Position numbers and translations under genes: made by a program | Shown here: positions 11,086 to 25,117 of the stretch, in pieces | Position numbering within the stretch: position 1 is the first letter of the stretch | Layout: each line of letters opens with the position of its first letter | Notes under the pieces: generated by a model | The model's database searches: none | Seen by the model: the letters and a program-made list of their open reading frames with translations, nothing else | Told to the model about the DNA's origin: nothing | DNA from: Octopus bimaculoides | Lineage: Eukaryota | Length of the DNA: 64,000 nt | Assembly (NCBI RefSeq): GCF_001194135.2 | Contig: NC_068993.1 | Span: 63,031,992 to 63,095,991, forward strand | Reading direction: 5' to 3'

Positions 11086-14000
11086 ACTGTTGATAAACAG
11101 CTGATTGAAACAGGGAAATGGAGAATTTCCAATTTTTCCAAAAAGATAAAAGAAATAAAAATTAAGTGAAATACAAAGAAACCGCTAAGTCAATTTCTGT
11201 TTTGTCTGATTGATTCGTCGTGTAAGGCACAGAGCCAGAAACTGTATTTAGGAAAGAACAATAAGATTATGTGATGTTCATGCGTTTTCCCCCAATAATG
11301 ACGAATGCAATAGAAACCCTTAGAGCATCACATACAATACTTTGTCGTTGCTGTTACTGTTGTTGTTGTTATCGTTGTCATTGTTGTTGTTGTTACTGTT
11401 GTTGTTTAGCCCCAGGATATCTTTGATTGCTAATTTATTCTGGTGATTGCCTATAACCATTAGATGTTTATAAACTAATTTTATCGATACTTCTTCCAAA
11501 AGTCTTATGCTTTTTTGTTCACACCTACTTGTGTAGGTTGAACTACGGAAAACGTAGAGAGAAAGAAATTTTGCTATTTCTTGTAATAAATACATCTTAA
11601 TCAGACCCTTTTCTTGGATGCTTATTATACTACTCTTAATCCGCAAATTACATTTTTGCTTGCTTGGACCCCCCAAAAATCTTATATGGACCCCTTGGGG
11701 TCAAATGGACCGCGATTGAGACCACTGTTTTAAGAATTCAAACTTGAACAAGCAGACCTTTGACCAAAGACACTCTATCAATATACACCCCGCTTTTTAT
11801 TGTTGCAAACATTATCTGATAGCGAATGAGTTAAGGAGGGTTGGCTGCTATTCTTAGCAGGTCGTGTGGTTACGTAGAAATTCCCTTATTGGCTCGTTTT
11901 AATCGTTGTTGTCGGTTATGGCTGTTGTTCGATGTTGATATCATTGCTGCTATTGATTTTGTTTGCCGTCATCAATGGCGTATCGTCGGTGTTCATAAAA
12001 ATACCACAAGTATTATTATTTTTAATGTCGAAGTTGCTACCGTATGTATTTTTTTCTCTCTCCGATGTTAAGTACAGTATCAACTAAACAATACAGTTAT
12101 TTTATGGAAACGGAAGTGTTCGTGTCTAGCTTTCAAATGAATTATTTTTCTATGATAGCTGGATTCAAGTCAAACTGTTACCATATCAATTAGCATTGTT
12201 CACTGTTGCTTCCAGTTTGACGCACTCACATATCCTCCGATCTGATTATACATTATCTGCCAACAAAGAAGTAAGATGTGGTCGCTCATCCTGCTAGAAG
12301 TAGTAATCAAATCGCTCTAAAAGCTCAGTCAACCGTATTTAAAAAGAAATGATCTTCATTGCAGCACTCTTGATCATAAAAATCCTTGGGCTCGGCTGAC
12401 TTGGGAATAAAATAACAAGCACTAGTTTCTTTCGTTTGACCTTATTTGGTGTTGTCAAGCTTCAGTAATACGAGCAACGATACGGCATTTATCGCACTGT
12501 GACGAAGTCCACCTTAACAGTTTCTGCTGTGGTCTCCTCCGTAATTTATAATCTGCGGGTGTACAAAGATAGATTGAAGAGCAGAGGACTCAATGTGACA
12601 CTTCAGGCTATCACACTGCATTCTATACGGTTTATCACTGCCTGCAGGAGTTGTAGATAATCATCACCGATTGTGTGTGATATGATTCCTTGATGGTGGC
12701 TACACAACAACAGCAACATCCAAAGATGGAGCCTGTAGTTTCCCTTGACTTCCGAGAAACTACAATTAAATTTCATGCAAACAACAGTCTGTCGTCTTAA
12801 AAATAAATAAGACAACTAAGATTACGTAGTCCTGGGTAAACCATCTGAATATCAAATGGGGTGGTTGCGGCTGGCACGCTTTTGAACGTAAGCCTGCTTG
12901 AGCAGAGTTGATCTAGATCTAAACAGCAAAAATGGCAAGATACATCGTTGAAACTGTTGTTCAAGCATGAACGTAATACGATCTTATCTGTTATTTGCCA
13001 CATATATCTGAAATTCGGAGTCTAATTTGCAATTCAAGTTATGTACATGCGTATACACATTCATAAAACAGCGTGAACATTTTTTATAAAATATTTATAG
13101 ATTGAAGAAAAAACTAGGACAAACGAATCTGATGTCATGATTTAATTAATTAAAAAAAGAGTTAGATAAGGTTTCACTAAAAAAAATTTGATAACTATGA
13201 GACATTGAGCAATTTCCAGAGTAAAAGAGAAAAGAAAATATTTCGAGTGTGACACTTTGCGAAAGAAATTGTATTAAATGATTCCCAATAAGTGTAATAT
13301 CACGTGATGGAAATATGAACAAAACAGACGACATATTAAGCCTTCCTTCTAAAAGGTGTTATCTGCATGGAAATTTGTTTTAAGTCATCTGTTTTTTTTT
13401 TTTTTGGTTTTTTCTTATTCCGATAAGTCTTGGAATATGAGATGAGACTCGAAACCTGAAACCTAAAAAAGGAATTTTTTCTTTTTCAGCTTGTATTTCA
13501 AATCTAAGATGTCAACCAAATATATTTTTTCTCAATTTATTTAATTAATTTTTGTTTTAAATCGAGCGTTGATTATCTGAATTAAGAAATTGCTGCTTAT
13601 AAAACCGCAAGTGTGGGTGATGATATATATATATGTATATANNNNNNNNNNNNNNNNNNNNNNNNNNNNNNNNNNNNNNNNNNNNNNNNNNNNNNNNNNN
13701 NNNNNNNNNNNNNNNNNNNNNNNNNNNNNNNNNNNNNNNNNNNNNNNNNNNNNNNNNNNNNNNNNNNNNNNNNNNNNNNNNNNNNNNNNNNNNNNNNNNN
13801 NNNNNNNNNNNNNNNNNNNNNNNNNNNNNNNNNNNNNNNNNNNNNNNNNNNNNNNNNNNNNNNNNNNNNNNNNNNNNNNNNNNNNNNNNNNNNNNNNNNN
13901 NNNNNNNNNNNNNNNNNNNNNNNNNNNNNNNNNNNNNNNNNNNNNNNNNNNNNNNNNNNNNNNNNNNNNNNNNNNNNNNNNNNNNNNNNNNNNNNNNNNN

Positions 14001-16881
14001 NNNNNNNNNNNNNNNNNNNNNNNNNNNNNNNNNNNNNNNNNNNNNNNNNNNNNNNNNNNNNNNNCTCTCTCAGATTTCAAGCAACAACAGAAATAAATGA
14101 GTCCTTCTGACCCAAGGTTACACATTTTTAAAGGTGAGGTCGACGTCTGAATCAATCACACATTTTATATTGGCACATATTTCATACCTCCAAACCGATT
14201 CACAAACATATAAGGGCCCCAACTCGATATTGATTTCTAACAAAGCCACAGATTTTGTTGGTGGGGTGGGAACTGTCTTAGTGTTGATCTTCTATTGTAA
14301 TTCATCTGAGATCGCTTAACACTTCTATTAGAAGGAAATACTCAGGCTGGCTTGAAATTAAAACCCCTGCTTGTGTAACAGGCACCGAACCCCCACGGCT
14401 CTTAATGTCTCTAAACAACGTTCCTTATCATTATTTTAGGGTCCTAACAAGTATACGTGGATGGTCAAAATAGTTTTTAAAAATTCGTTTTCAACCAGTT
14501 GAATCCTGGCACCGAAAAAAGTATTTTGCGAGACAATCTTTCTGGCTTTCTAAGTCTTAGAAATTTTTAGACGATGCCCCTGGTCATCTTCCTGTTATTA
14601 TTGGACATCGCTTTCACAGCTCTTGGCGGCAATTGTTACTTTGAAGGTTTTTTTGAAGAATCTTCATGCTAACGACGAAAGAAAATGCAACCGCACTTGC
14701 AAAATTCCGACAAAAAATTGCAATTTGATATAAGAAACGCGGTTAAAAATATTCATGAGCCATCGGAAAGTAGTGACAGACAATAAGCGACATGAAAGCC
14801 GCTTGAAACCAATTTAATTACGCTGTGCTAACGTTTTCGCTGATTTTCTACACCAAGAACAAATTATTGAAGAACTGGCTAACACTGGAAGAGAATTTGA
14901 TATCGATGAAATAAACGGTACCGGATATTTGTAATTTTCCTGAATCACATACAAAAAAAAATTAATCGGTCGCAACTTTATTAGTTAGGATCGATATCGA
15001 ACTTACGAAGAGTCGAATAATCAAGACGTCAATTAAAATGAAATGTCTGCCAAGTTTCGTTGCATTCCTAATGAGCTGTTGAACAGTGAACTCACTGCTT
15101 CATTATACTTTCTTTTATTCTTTTACTTGTTTCAGTCATTTGACTGCGGCCATGTTGGAGCACCGCCTTTAGTCGAGCAAATCAACCCCTGGACTACGTT
15201 AAGGGTACACATGTCTGTGGAGTGCTCAGTCACTTACACGTTAATTTCACGAACAGGTTGTTCCGTTCATCGGATCAACTGGAACCCTCGTCGTCGTAAC
15301 CGACGGAGTGCCGCGATAAATATGTGCGTATGTATGTATGTACGACAGGCTTCTTTCAGTTTCCATCTACCAAATCTACTCACAAGATTTTTGTTGGCCC
15401 GAGGCTATAGTAGAAGACACTTGCTTAACGTTCCACGCAGTGTGACTGAACCCGGAACCATATGGTTGGGAAGCAACCACACAGCCACGCCTGCGCATGC
15501 GTGTCTTTAGTGATCGAAATGCCTCCAATTAGATAACGGAAACCCTTAAAACCATTTAAAAATCAAACGTTAAGGATGTTTGTCGCGCTTCACCCTGGTT
15601 AATCTGACCAAAGATAAGAGACGTTCCAGTAATGACCATCTCCTCATTCTTCTCACCCCCAATATGGTGTACATACGACAATGTCTCTTATATAAGTCTT
15701 CGCCGTTGTTTATCTCCAAATCGGCGCTGATGAAGCAGACTTTTGATAAAAAGAGTTCCTACCGTGACCACCACATGTTTTCACTGCCTTTATGATTACC
15801 TTATTTATCATCACCTATTTATGATGGTGTGAAGGTGCGTGTCTTAGGGTGTTGCACTCGCGATTGCCAGAACGCGCGTTCGATTCCTGGTCCGGGCGGC
15901 GCGTTGTGTTCTTGAGTGAAACACCTCATTTCACGTTGCTCCAGTCCACTCAGCTGTTAATGGGTCACCATGCAAGTGGACAGTCTACCGATCGGGGTGG
16001 GGAGTTGGGCATGGTGGACTGCAGACCTAGGCAGTGGGATGGTGTCATTCAAAAGCTAAAACAATGCGAAGTGCATTGTGACCAACGTTGTATAGCAGCA
16101 CCCCATAGTCTGGTCAATACTGTGATGCTCCGACTAATGACGGTAGGATACGATATAAGAGGGAGATTGGTCTACTATTCCAAGAGGTTTCTTCCCTGGT
16201 TTATCATTCGATGTTTATATCGATCAATTTGAGCGCCAGCTTCCTCATTGGCTCAATCGAGTATACATGGTTGATATGATGAATTAAGAGATGAGACACG
16301 CGATATTGTAGTGCATACAACATAAAAGTTTTGCTGATCTGAGATCAAACTCACTCAAACAAACGAACAAAGACGAAGAGACAAGAAGAGAAAAACAAAA
16401 TATGTATTTTTGAAAAACAATTTTTGCGTAATTTCATTTCTATCTTTTTTAATTCTTTTTCCATGCACAATTTTGGTGAGATTTTTTTTCTTTCGTTTTC
16501 TTTTTTCGTATTGCCAAGCCAGGTTTTCTTTCATTAAAAGTAATAAAATAAAACTTATGTATTATCATGTGTGGTTTTCTTTTCACATTACTTCTAGAGT
16601 ACACGATTTCTATGGCGTCTGAGAAACCTATTATGTCACACAGTCAAAAGTCTGATGTCAACAAAAAAAAAAAAAAAAGAAAAGAAACAACGCAAAGTCT
16701 CGTTTCTATTCTCTTGCATCTCTAACAACATTCGATCTTCGAAAGAAAAGGCTTTTCTGCTTTCAGTCGACTTCCGACATGATTAAAAAGTATCGAATGT
16801 CTGTGTGTGTACGTGAGTGAGTGTGTGCCTGTATGCATATGTATATATGTGTGCCTGTGTATACATATGTATATATATATA

Positions 16882-16941
<60 letters not shown>

Positions 16942-17072
16942 GGGGGGGGATGCGTGTGTGTATAAGTACAGTGTATATATGAGTGTATACGTATGTATAC
17001 ATACTTATATATACATATACATACACACATGCGCGCACGAGCCCCCACACACGTATGTGTGTGTATGTGTGT

Positions 17073-17126
<54 letters not shown>

Positions 17127-17129
17127 TGG

Positions 17130-17168
<39 letters not shown>

Positions 17169-17862
17169 GCAAAGCAAAACTAAAACCAGAATAAAAGCAC
17201 AAACAACAAAAGTAAAAGGGACGAATACAGTAGGTGTATTAAGCTGACGCTCAGTTTAAGATATATCGGTAAAAAAAGGAGGGTGTGTGACGTTTCGAGC
17301 GCAGCTCTTCGTTAGAAAGAGGAAAGAGCCGCACAGAAGCAAAAGAATAATCCGAAGAAAGCATCCGTGTGGTGACATGGTTGAATTGACCGGAAGTGGA
17401 GAGATAGAGAAAGTGGTTTTTGAATGTGAAAGAACGCAAGATTTCTCTCCCTTAACATTTTTATATGCTATAATTTATAGCTTTATCTGTTTCAAGTTTC
17501 GCCGTCCCCCAAAAAATCATTTCATATCAGAAGACGTCGGTGTGAATCCTGTGACGCTAATGAGAAATAAAAATAGTGGGAATGGCGAGATCGTGTTTCA
17601 AATGGCTGCCAGTTGAAACCAGTTGTTTGAATGAGCCTAATCTGACTCATTAATGACTGACTGAACGATTAAACCTTATTTCCGCAAGTTCGCCGCCAGC
17701 CTGCACCTTCAAAACCCACTTGACTCATTTGATGAAACATACACTCCCTGACACTTAAACACACAGGCAAGAATCCACATACATACGCACGTATACATAC
17801 ATGCACGTATACACTTGACTAGACACGTACACATACATACACGCAAGCACACGTTTTGTCGC

Positions 17863-17896
<34 letters not shown>

Positions 17897-18254
17897 ACAT
17901 AGCTAAATAGTTAAGCGTTAGTAATTAAGGTACGCTGCGTATATATGTGTATATGCATGCATAAGCATATGTGAATATATATGATGTCCCATTAGTATGG
18001 CTGTATTTAGAGGTGTGATAAGAAGCTTGCTTCCCAATCGCATGGTTCCGGGTTCAGTTTCACTGCTTGGCACCTAGGGCAGGTATCTTTTACTATAACC
18101 TCGGGCTGACCAAAACCTTGTGAGTGGATTTGGTTGACGGAAACTGAAAGAAGGTCGTTGTATATATAGAGAGAGAGAGGGAGAGACAGACAGAGAGCAG
18201 TAATGCGGATAAACAAATTAAATATATGAGCATGGGTATGATATACAATACATA

Positions 18255-18291
<37 letters not shown>

Positions 18292-18309
18292 GTCTCTTCT
18301 ATTCTTTAA

Positions 18310-19250
18310 TTATTATAAATCTTCCACTGAGGAGGGACCCGGTTTCCAACAAAGATACAAGGCTCCATCTTTGGGATAAAGTTAACACAAATTCACATTT
18401 GGAACTTGAGAAAAGTCTTACATATTTTTTACTGTTCCGCTCACAGTTTGCACTTGTAATGTACGAATTAGCCGGTCGAGTTCTCTTTGTGAAAATCCCA
18501 GTTTATCCAGATTCTCCTTTAAGCATTTACTAACAAAGCTTAGTGCTCCAATTATTATTGGTATGAATATGAATTCATAGTCTGAATATAGAAGCGGGAG
18601 GTTTCGAAGCAGTTGTCCATAGATTCCTCTTTTTCTTTGATTTTCAAAGAGATATTCATATCTGCAGGGCAGGTAACCTCTATGATGGTACATACCTTTG
18701 CTCTTCTGTTCCAAACAACCATATCCAGCCTGTTATGCTTACATTTGACAGAAGTTTTGATGGTAATATTCCATCAATATTCCTTGCGTTGGGATTTTCT
18801 AAGTTTATTTCAAGACAGACTATTTTGCGGATGGCATTGTAAATTGTTTTAGCAACAATATTGTGCCGCATAGGGAGGTAGTACCGTGACGACATTTTAG
18901 GACAGCTGCTAATTACATGCGCAATGTCTTCCACAGAAACATGACATAGCCTACACATGCGGTTGCACCTTGGAATTACGAGAGTGTCACTGTGTCTCTT
19001 GTTCACCAAGTGTAGTTAAAAAACGGTTACAAGTTCAGATCCGTTCCAGACGATACTTTTCGGCTTTACTCTGTCAATGAACCGGAAGTGAATAATTCGT
19101 TACTAGTGATGGAAGTAGAATCAGTTTGAAATAGCATTCTGTAGATCTTACTTAACGTGTATAGAAAGCCACAATGCTGCAGTATCCACCTTGAGGAAGC
19201 TTCTCGTATACACGTATAGTGCTTTTTAGCGTTTGCATCTATTGATACAC
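18310..19250 (-). mobile_element. Degenerate 5'-truncated RLE-class (R4/Dong or NeSL-like) non-LTR retrotransposon
   Basis: CCHC knuckle CRLC-x7-H-x4-C followed by RHNIVAKTIY. Then, across frameshifts, a restriction-like endonuclease: KHNR(L)DMVVW...IIEVTCPADMN...KIKEK and IPIIIGAL. Confidence 0.85.
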
Positions 19251-19293
19251 CGAAGTGTATCAGTAACAAACGAAAAGCGTCCAGTAGCGACAC

Positions 19294-19337
19294 TTGTTAC
19301 TGATGATGTGCAAAGACTCAGAAATGTGATTTAGCAA
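19294..19337 (+). ncRNA. Candidate minimal type I hammerhead ribozyme
   Basis: UUGUUA-CUGAUGA-UGUG-CAAAGA-CUCA-GAAA-UGUGA-UU-UAGCAA. 6-bp helix I, helix II with 3 of 4 pairs, 2-bp helix III. Confidence 0.45.
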
Positions 19338-19874
19338 TTCCGACACGCTTCTGTGCTTTTTAGCACTATACTTCTGAAGCTTTCGCAAGACGAACGCTGC
19401 AGCTTTGTGGCTTTCGATAGTATATCCATGTTAAATAAGAAATATATAATGCTATACTGTAGTGAATTATGTTTTTATTTGCCAAAAATGATGTTCTGCA
19501 GCCAAATGGCAATTTTGATGCTATATTTCTATATTTAACAAACAAGAGTGAGGAAAATGTCGAAAATGGAGCAAAATGTTCACACACATATATGAATATA
19601 AATATACTGTTTATACTGTGATAAGGATAACTAAAATCATTAATCTTTAATTAAATGTATTGTTTAATATAAACAGTTTCTTGGGAACTATAAAGAAATA
19701 GAACGCATATCATTTTGATTTAGCCAGGCCAGGTTATTCGTGCCTGCTTTATCTTTTCAAACCAAGCTCTCTTGTCTCTTCTCAAGTTTCTCTTCGCTTT
19801 GTGAATCAACAGGTGGCATTATTCTGACACCACATCTTATCTCTTCTTCTACTCTTCTTTCCTTTCTCTGCTTC

Positions 19875-19913
<39 letters not shown>

Positions 19914-20516
19914 GTTTGTGACTGGCTTTTTTCTTTTGTCTTTTTTTCTTCTTCTTCTTCTTCTTCTTCTTCTTCTTTCGTTCGATACTTTCCCCAGACC
20001 TTTCCCTTTGAACTAGCCATGACCACCTCGCTAAATATTTTCTACGAGTCTTCACATCCGGTTGTCTGTCGCTGACATTCAAATTTGGTTTTCAATACCA
20101 ACTGGAACCGGACTTTGATGTCATCGGTTTACACTTTTTTCTATATGTGTGTGCACGTGCGTGTGTGCGTGTATTTGTGTGTATATATGTGTGTGTGTAG
20201 AGAGAGAGAGAGAGTGAGTGTGTGTGTGTGTGTGTGTGTTAGGTGTGTGTAGAGTGTTAGGTGTAACGTACAGAAATTGCATATTGAGAAAAAAAGTGGT
20301 CAGAATTTTGGAAAAAAAATCTTTTTATTTCATTATTATTAATGCTTTCGTTCCTTTCTCGAACTTGTCAAATAAAAAAATTTGTGAATGCACAAACAGC
20401 TCGTTCATTTATATAAAACATGTTTTTTGGCGGGGGTTTTGTTTAGAAGAGAACATTGTTTTTGCTTTTTGGGGTGAGGTTCCATGACAATGGAGCTGGA
20501 TAGATAGAAATATAGG

Positions 20517-20549
<33 letters not shown>

Positions 20550-20669
20550 NNNNNNNNNNNNNNNNNNNNNNNNNNNNNNNNNNNNNNNNNNNNNNNNNNN
20601 NNNNNNNNNNNNNNNNNNNNNNNNNNNNNNNNNNNNNNNNNNNNNNNNNNNNNNNNNNNNNNNNNNNNT

Positions 20670-20724
<55 letters not shown>

Positions 20725-20725
<1 letters not shown>

Positions 20726-21030
20726 GAGGGCGCCTGGCCTAGTGGTGAGAGTGTTGCAGTCACGATCGAGAGACCGAGGTTTCAATTCCTAGACCGAGTG
20801 ATGCATTGTGTTCTTGAGCAAAGACACTTCATCTAACGTTGCTCCGCGGTCACTTCGACACCTGGCTCGTGACACACCGAGCACCTGTTCAGGCAACGTC
20901 GATCTGATGAAGGGAGACAACTAATGTGCGACACACAGATTTGATCACAATAAACGAATCAATTGTGCTGGTCGTTTGGCAAAAAGTTGAACGCTCATAT
21001 GTCGTCGTCTTCGACGGCAGAGTCCGTCAT
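20725..21030 (+). mobile_element. tRNA-head SINE (family E); relatives at ~15835-16110(+), 22805-22925(+), 22940-23043(-), 39545-39645(+)
   Basis: A-box TGGCCTAGTGG, B-box GGTTTCAATTCC, then TGTGTTCTTGAGCAAGACACTT; no tRNA 3' half. Confidence 0.7.
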
Positions 21031-22103
21031 ATATACACACTCATGTTTTGAGTTCTCTCTATTGTTTTCATTACCAAATCTATTTCTGATTATAATTATA
21101 TATGCTATAATTCGTATTTCTTATATGTAAAATGCACAACAGATAAGAGCAGAAAGAAACGGTAAAAGAAAGAATTCTACGTAGGTTTTAATAATGCACC
21201 GCCATTACTATCTCTTCATCTATCAGACCCAACACGAAGAAAATAAAGTGCCACAGTTTCTGCCCTGTTTTTTTTTTTTTGGGGGGGGGGGTTGTATTTG
21301 TTTCATTGCTTGACTGATTAACCTGCCATTCTGGTAATACCATAGACTCCACTGATGGTAAGAAGGGCGTATATTTTGAATGATGGTAAAGAAGTAGAAA
21401 ATAACTCACGCTTTTAGGAAGATCAGACAGAAAGCTTTCAAATAAATAGCATTCTTCTGTTTCTTCTAAGCTGAAGAATATGTCATCGAGCAAAAGAAAC
21501 TCAATAATCTGAAAATACAGAGGGATGGAACTCTGTTATCAAACCTCTGCTGCCTCGCTGCAATACCTATCCATGGTGAAGATTTCAGGAGCAAACTTTG
21601 AGAAAAATAATCTCCTACTTAAGTCTAATTTTGCTTCTTTTCCGATTTCAATTAGCTATGAAGTGTCTAACAATATAAGACAGGAACGAGCTAATGGAAG
21701 GAATTTTCCAAGTCGTCACTCATCCTGCTAAAAGCAACAGCTAAATCCTTTAGAAATCACACTCGTGTGTCTTAAATAAAGAAGTACATACTGGACAAAA
21801 AAAAGAAATGTAGTCGCTGATATTCATAGGAAGATGAAACTTCTTTGATCACAGGTCTGCTCGATAGGGGCTGGAGGTAGTTAGCTGATTACATCGACCC
21901 TAGTATTTGACTGGTACTGATTTTATCAACCCTGAAAAGATGAAAGACAGGGTCGACCTTGGTGGCATTTGACCTCAGAACGTGAAGCCCGAAGAAATAC
22001 TGACAAGTATCTTTGCGAAGTGCGAACCATTTTGCCAACTCCTTAAACAACAGCAGCAATGATATGAATTAATATGGTAAAAGAAAAAAGAAACAGAACT
22101 GAC

Positions 22104-22284
22104 CTGTAAACAATACAAACAAAACCAGCAAATTCTTGGCCATCGTGGATATTTTTTGGCTTTTCTCTTTTGTTCCTTATTGCGTTTCCAATCCAAGTTC
22201 TAACCTTCACACTACCACTCGGAAGACAAAGAATGAGAACAGAAAAATTGACTTTTAATTTAACAGTCTTAGAGTGGCCGAAGT
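22104..22284 (-). CDS. Candidate start exon of an unannotated minus-strand secreted-protein gene (MAKNLLVLFVLFT, ATG at 22143)
   Basis: Acceptor ctttcttgtttattccag|, no upstream ATG in the exon, acgATGG Kozak context, hydrophobic run, phase-1 donor ACAG|gtcagt. Confidence 0.35.
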
Positions 22285-22434
22285 CTGGAATAAACAAGAA
22301 AGTAGCCACTTAAACCAGTCAGATATATATATATATATATATTCATAGATACTTACACATAGATTCACTACGCACACAAACGTGTGTGTATCTGCGTACA
22401 TACATATTTAGATACATACATAGATGTGTGTGTG

Positions 22435-22553
<119 letters not shown>

Positions 22554-24871
22554 CTAGCAGCAGCACAAGTACCTGTGTCACATGTCTTAAGTGTCTTCAG
22601 AACGAAGAAAATAAGTTCTGAAGACGTTCTAAAAAAATAATGGATGGACGTTATTGCAACAAAATATCGTTCATATATCAAATATATAAGAAGAAACATG
22701 AAAATGGGAATGAACAAGTAAGAAAGAAAGATGAGATCGAATCAAATGAGAATTGAAATTCTATCTCTCAGTTAAATATATAACCACATTTCTTTTATTC
22801 TGTGGAGGCGCATAGCCAAGTAGTTAGAGCAGCAGACTCGCGGTCGAGGGATCGCATGTTCGAATCTCTGACCAGGCGATGTGTGTGTGTGCTTACGAGC
22901 GAAACACCTAAGCTCCACGCGGTTCCGGCAGAAGCCATGTGAAATAAAGTGTCTTGCTCAAGGACATAACGCGTCGCCGAAAATTGAACTCACGACCTTG
23001 TGATCGTGAGCCGAATACCGGAACCACTGAGCCACGCGCCTTCAACCCGGTGTCTTGTAATGTCGCTAAGACAGCCCTGATCGGAAATTTGGTGAACTGA
23101 ATGAAATTTAGCGTGGCTGTTATAGAGTTTGTAAAGTTGTTGCATTTCAGGGTCATATCATTGCTATTATGCAAAAGTGTCGTCAGTCCAAAACGTTGCT
23201 TTTTCAGAAAACGAAAAAATACTTTCACCATTTCACATCAAAACCGTTGTACTACACATTGACAACTTTTTTGATATCTTAGTACCTGATGCAACTGGAG
23301 ATACGATAGTTTGAACAAAAGAACTGGCTACTGCAAGCAAAAATAAATATTGAAAAAAAAACGCATTTGACCAAACTGAACATTCGACAATTTAACATAA
23401 TGGTTGCAGAGTGTTGCGTTGATCCACCGAGTTGTATACCTCGACATGAAAACGTTCATCTAGCATCTAGATGAAATATTTAGAGAGAAAAACTAACATG
23501 AGGTGAGAAAATACAAGCAGATGCCACATCTATTACAAGCATGGATTGTGAATGAAAATGTTTATGGGGTCAATTTGACATGGAAGATCGGTTACCGTAG
23601 AAAAATGCAAAAGAATGAAAGGTTGCTTCTTTTTTATAATAGTAATAGAAAGAAGAAAGAGAAAGAATGCGAGATGTGAGTGCTGGGGAGAAAGAGAGAG
23701 AAAATATAATTTGGCAAGAGACCAGAGATTAAATATTTTCAGTATGAAAAATTAAAACGCCAGGCAGATTGATTTCTTCAAGATGCATTTAAGGAATGCA
23801 GTCAAAAGATGTACGTCATCTCAAGTATGAAAGCTTTACTTTCTCGCAGAATTTATGAACAGGAATGGACTATTTCAATATTCTTACGAAAATCTAAGTA
23901 TTTCTGGTCTCACGTGGTTAAGAAGATCGTTTTGCCAAACATGTTGTCTTGGGTTCAGTCCCACTGCCTGGCACCTCGTCAAGTGCCTTTACTGTAGACC
24001 TGGGCCTACCAAAGCCTTGTGAGTAGATTTTATACACGAAAACTGAAAGAAGCTCGTCATGTGTGTGTGTGTGTGTGTGTGACTGCTTGTGTCCTTCACA
24101 CACACACACACACACACACATACCTCCCTTTTACACACACACACACACACATATACTCACACAGTTTGAAATGTTTGATTTTTTTTCGCCGTAGAATTTC
24201 CACCACCCCCACTACCACTTTGCCATCACCCTTCCTTCCGTATTCCTCCATCACCCCTTCCGTTCTCGTTCATAAGTTGTGACAGAAAACACAAGAGTAT
24301 TATTATAAAATGAAAAAAACTCTTGTCAATAAACAGAAAGAAATATAATCCAAGTAACAAATGCTTTCGATTTTTACGATGTGTCATCTAGGGTTTCACA
24401 CATAAGTAGCGAGAAACTCTATGAATAGCTGAACAGCAGAAGGGCTTCAGAAAAGAAGATTCCACTTGAAGCAAGTGTTACGGCCCTTAACCTCTTACAG
24501 CCGACGAGAACAGGGCTGCATCCAGGCCATGACGGCTGGATCCTTCTCCATTGTCAGATTCTTTGTTATTTGTCTGTTGTATATATGAGTTTGTGGCAGT
24601 AACATGACCACCACTAAATCAAATAGGACGGGTACATTCCGAATCAGTCTAATGAGAATTAGATTGGGAAGATGGGAGGAAAGCAGGAACCACGAGAAGA
24701 ATAGAGTGGATTTGTAACATGCTTAGCCATAGTAGAACCGTAGCAGGAAAGGGACTCAACACTTTTGGGCTTCCATACAAATGGCCAATTATTAAGCGAC
24801 ACTCACTCCCTGAAATATGTACGCTTCCTGTTTTAAAGCATTTCCGGTCATAGTATGCGTGACTTTATATG

Positions 24872-24917
<46 letters not shown>

Positions 24918-24959
24918 CGATGCATAGATACATGCATATACATGAATTTATGTATGTGT

Positions 24960-25052
<93 letters not shown>

Positions 25053-25057
25053 TAGAC

Positions 25058-25117
<60 letters not shown>
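24960..25117. repeat. Compound (GATA)n/(GACA)n microsatellite; similar runs at ~1962-2035, 17075-17168, 25500-25588, 28243-28350, 33105-33194
   Basis: Direct reading. Confidence 0.95.

Noticed and set aside
22805-22875. tRNA-like sequence with A and B boxes (also 15835, 20725, 37640, 39545)
   Set aside because: No acceptor stem or full cloverleaf; it continues into SINE body sequence
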